A DNA stretch of 61,351 bases, the filler included. It is 10 parts of 10 records of this genome, joined end to end, with 100 filler letters (N's around TTAATTAATTAA, not from the genome) between each part and the next. Parts side by side here need not be neighbours in the genome. Positions count along the whole stretch, not along the records: positions 54,375 to 61,351 come from SRR31156797_80700; 9 more parts are not named here. One strand, given 5' to 3'. This document shows positions 59,073 to 61,351 of the stretch, in pieces (position 1 is the first letter of the stretch; each line of letters opens with the position of its first letter). The notes beneath the pieces were generated by a model. The model saw nothing but the letters and a program-made list of their open reading frames with translations. It was not told where the DNA came from and searched no databases. The translations under genes and the position numbers were made by a program.

Positions 59073-60182
59073 TTAGGCAAGAAAAACTTTTTTCTTGTGT
59101 TGCGACCGTTTCTTGCTTTTGATGGCCCGCCCGATCTCCCTCAGGGGCCGGGATTCCTTTTTAAAGCAGAGGGTGTTGGGCAGTTTGACGATCCGGATCC
59201 GGTCGGGAAGGTCCAGGCTCTCTCCCGGGGTGGTGGCGGCGGCAAGTTGGGCAATGGCGTCGATGTGGGTCAGGGTGATTCGTCTCAGGTCGCTCTTGAC
59301 CCGTTCCAGGGCCTTTCGCGCCACCCGCCGTTTCAGGGCCGTGGCCAGGGCGTTGAAGGTTTCAAGGTTAAGCTGGACCTGGGTGTCCGACGCCCCGATA
59401 AGTGCCCGGTCAAAAACAGCCGCGGTCTCGGTTTCCATCCAGGTTTCCTCATCCCTGAGGATGCGGCTCAGCCGGTTCAGGGTCTGGACGATGCCCGGGT
59501 TGTATTCGTCCTCCAGCAGAGGAAGCAGCTGGTGCCGGACCCGGTTTCTCAGGAAGACGGTTTCCAGGTTTGTGGAATCGATCACATAGGCCTGGTTCTC
59601 CGCCCCAAGAAAGTCAAGGATCTCTTTTCTGGACCGCTCCATCAGGGGACGGATGATCCAGTTGTCCCGGGTGCGGGGAATCCCGGAAAGCCCCTTGGGC
59701 CCGCTTCCCCTCAACAGGTTCATGAGAATCAGTTCCGCATTGTCGTTGAGGTTGTGCCCCAGGGCGGTGTGGGTGTAAGCGTTGTCCCGGCAGAGGGATT
59801 CAAAGAAGGCGTAGCGGACATCCCGTGCCGCCTCTTCCAGGGACCGGCGGTTTTTCCGGGCAAGGGCTTTCACGTCTACCCGCTCAAGGTGGAAGGGGAG
59901 ATCGTGGGCTTCCGCAAGGGTGCGGACAAAGGTTTCGTCCCGCAGGGATTCCTCCCCCCGCAGCTGGTGGTTGATGTGGGCGATGCCGATATTCAGGCCG
60001 TACTCGCTTCTGATGGCGAGAAAGGCAAGGACCAGGGCCACGGAATCGGGGCCGCCCGAAACCCCCAGCAGGACGGATTGTCCCGGCAGGAGCATGCGGT
60101 GTTCCTCGATGGTCTGGCAAACCTTGTGAATAAAGGGTGGTTTCGGTCCGGTGGAGCTGTTGGTTCTGTTTTGCTTGGTCAT
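59073..60182 (-). CDS. tilS: tRNA(Ile)-lysidine synthetase
   Basis: SGGPDS, H.NH.LR, EEAAR..RY, H...DNAE, IRPL, RNR.R; upstream of ftsH. Confidence 0.95.
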   Translation of the reverse strand: MTKQNRTNSSTGPKPPFIHKVCQTIEEHRMLLPGQSVLLGVSGGPDSVALVLAFLAIRSEYGLNIGIAHINHQLRGEESLRDETFVRTLAEAHDLPFHLERVDVKALARKNRRSLEEAARDVRYAFFESLCRDNAYTHTALGHNLNDNAELILMNLLRGSGPKGLSGIPRTRDNWIIRPLMERSRKEILDFLGAENQAYVIDSTNLETVFLRNRVRHQLLPLLEDEYNPGIVQTLNRLSRILRDEETWMETETAAVFDRALIGASDTQVQLNLETFNALATALKRRVARKALERVKSDLRRITLTHIDAIAQLAAATTPGESLDLPDRIRIVKLPNTLCFKKESRPLREIGRAIKSKKRSQHKKKVFLA

Positions 60183-60233
60183 TTGCTTTGTATTCTCTGG
60201 GTTACGGTTGTGCCGTTCTTTGTTCCATTCGGG

Positions 60234-60884
60234 TTATCGTTTCTGAACCAGGGTTCGCTGGTGCTGGTTCTGCCATTTTACGGTCGGTTTGATTTTCTTG
60301 ATGTTGTCCAGCCGGTTCTGCTCTTTCAAGCGGTTATAGATCTCCACCCAGGCGCAGGGGATCTTGGGGTGGATCTCGCACATGGTGCCGCTGGTGCCGC
60401 CGCAGGGCCCGTTGAACAGCCCTTTTGCGCACCGGGTCACGGGACAGACCCCGCCGGTGTAGCCCACCACGCACTCTCCGCAGGCCCTGCACCGTTCCTC
60501 GTAGACGCCGATATCACGGTCGATGCCGATGGAAACCGTGTCCACGGCCGGATAGACCGGCACCCCGGGATAGCACTCGGCCATGTACTGGCAGCCCGCA
60601 CCGCAGGCCATGGAGAGGGCGCAGTCATATTGGCTGATGACCGGTGCCAGCTCCTCCAGAAAGAGGGGGGTGCACTGGCGTTCGATGGTGTACCCGGTGG
60701 CGCGGCCCGGAAGCTGTTCCGTCTTGAACACCAGGTTGAGTTCCGCACAGAGCCGGTCCACCTCTTTTTGTCCGCCGCCAAGGCATACCGAGGCACAGCC
60801 GCCGCAGCCCACGATCAGGATCTGGTCATGGTCCCGGATGTCATTGACAATCTCCTTGAGGTCTTTCTGGGTTACCTTGATCAT
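60234..60884 (-). CDS. MetV-like protein (methylene-THF reductase C-terminal domain)
   Basis: GCGGCASVC, RQC, ACG.G, C.ACG.C....GG.CPVTRCAKGL.NGPCGG....CE...CAW. Confidence 0.85.
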   Translation of the reverse strand: MIKVTQKDLKEIVNDIRDHDQILIVGCGGCASVCLGGGQKEVDRLCAELNLVFKTEQLPGRATGYTIERQCTPLFLEELAPVISQYDCALSMACGAGCQYMAECYPGVPVYPAVDTVSIGIDRDIGVYEERCRACGECVVGYTGGVCPVTRCAKGLFNGPCGGTSGTMCEIHPKIPCAWVEIYNRLKEQNRLDNIKKIKPTVKWQNQHQRTLVQKR

Positions 60885-60895
60885 CGTTCTCTTCC

Positions 60896-61300
60896 TTATT
60901 TCCTCAACTTCAGAAGGTTGGGGGATTCAAAGTCGTGAACCACTCCCTGGGATCGGCAGATCCGCCTTGCCAGGGCGATCAGCGAGGGGATATCGATCCC
61001 AAGGGGACAGTAACACCGGGTGCAGAGGACGCACCGTTGCCAGACAATCTCCCTGATTTTTTCCAGTTCGGTCCGGGTCACCTTGCCTTTTTTTTTATAA
61101 ATCGTCCCAATGCTGTTGATCACCTTGTGGGAGGGCATGTACCTGGGATCGGTGTCCCGGCACCGGTACAGGAAGCAGCTGTCCGCGCACAGGGCACAGT
61201 GGGCGCAGGTCTTGAGGGCGGCCGCCACCTCCTTTTTCCGTTCACAAATGATTTCGTGAATTTTTTGGCTGTTTATGCCTGGTGAATGTTGTGTGGTCAT
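60896..61300 (-). CDS. 4Fe-4S dicluster protein (HdrC/DsrK N-terminal-like)
   Basis: CAHCALCADSC and CVLCTRCYCP.GIDI. Confidence 0.85.
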   Translation of the reverse strand: MTTQHSPGINSQKIHEIICERKKEVAAALKTCAHCALCADSCFLYRCRDTDPRYMPSHKVINSIGTIYKKKGKVTRTELEKIREIVWQRCVLCTRCYCPLGIDIPSLIALARRICRSQGVVHDFESPNLLKLRK

Positions 61301-61351
61301 GGCATGGGAGGGCCGGCAGGTTTACCGCCAGACCCTGCTTCCTCCTTTGCC

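Overview
This window is not one locus. It is ten unrelated contigs of about 5-7 kb joined by 100-bp N/TTAATTAATTAA/N linkers, probably from an anoxic-sediment metagenome. (1) 1-5835: hybrid histidine kinase end, ABC-type substrate-binding protein, RND pump. (2) 5936-11930: selB, a His-rich DUF2333-like protein and a large secreted beta-helix protein. (3) 12031-17109: pgeF-pyrK-pyrD, a large unknown exported protein and a REP doublet. (4) 17210-23404: methanogen-like archaeal DNA with surE, moaA, a cobyrinate diamide synthase and a Cys-patterned repeat surface protein. (5) 23505-30283: Tad pilus locus and an FGE/SUMF1-domain lipoprotein. (6) 30384-35738: kinase, YibE/F, alkaline phosphatase, a QueG-like Fe-S protein and an attC-like site. 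(7) 35839-41463: NifA-like regulator lacking GAFTGA, TRAP transporter and an SDR (spirochaete-like). (8) 41564-48154: part of an integrative mobile element. (9) 48255-54274: type IV pilin with a glycosylation and VKOR-DsbA cluster. (10) 54375-61351: tilS-ftsH-folP-cdaR-coaX housekeeping genes. Contig 8 is the best candidate for an undescribed system. It encodes a large serine recombinase, a RadC/JAB gene and a small gene that are each followed directly at the stop codon by the same 80-bp strand-asymmetric hairpin repeat, an XRE switch with three operator-like repeats, two DUF3102-like paralogs, and one ORF fusing an intact C5-cytosine methyltransferase to an SF4 (DnaB/T4 gp41-like) helicase. 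Family and taxonomic calls come from motif recognition by eye, not from database searches.
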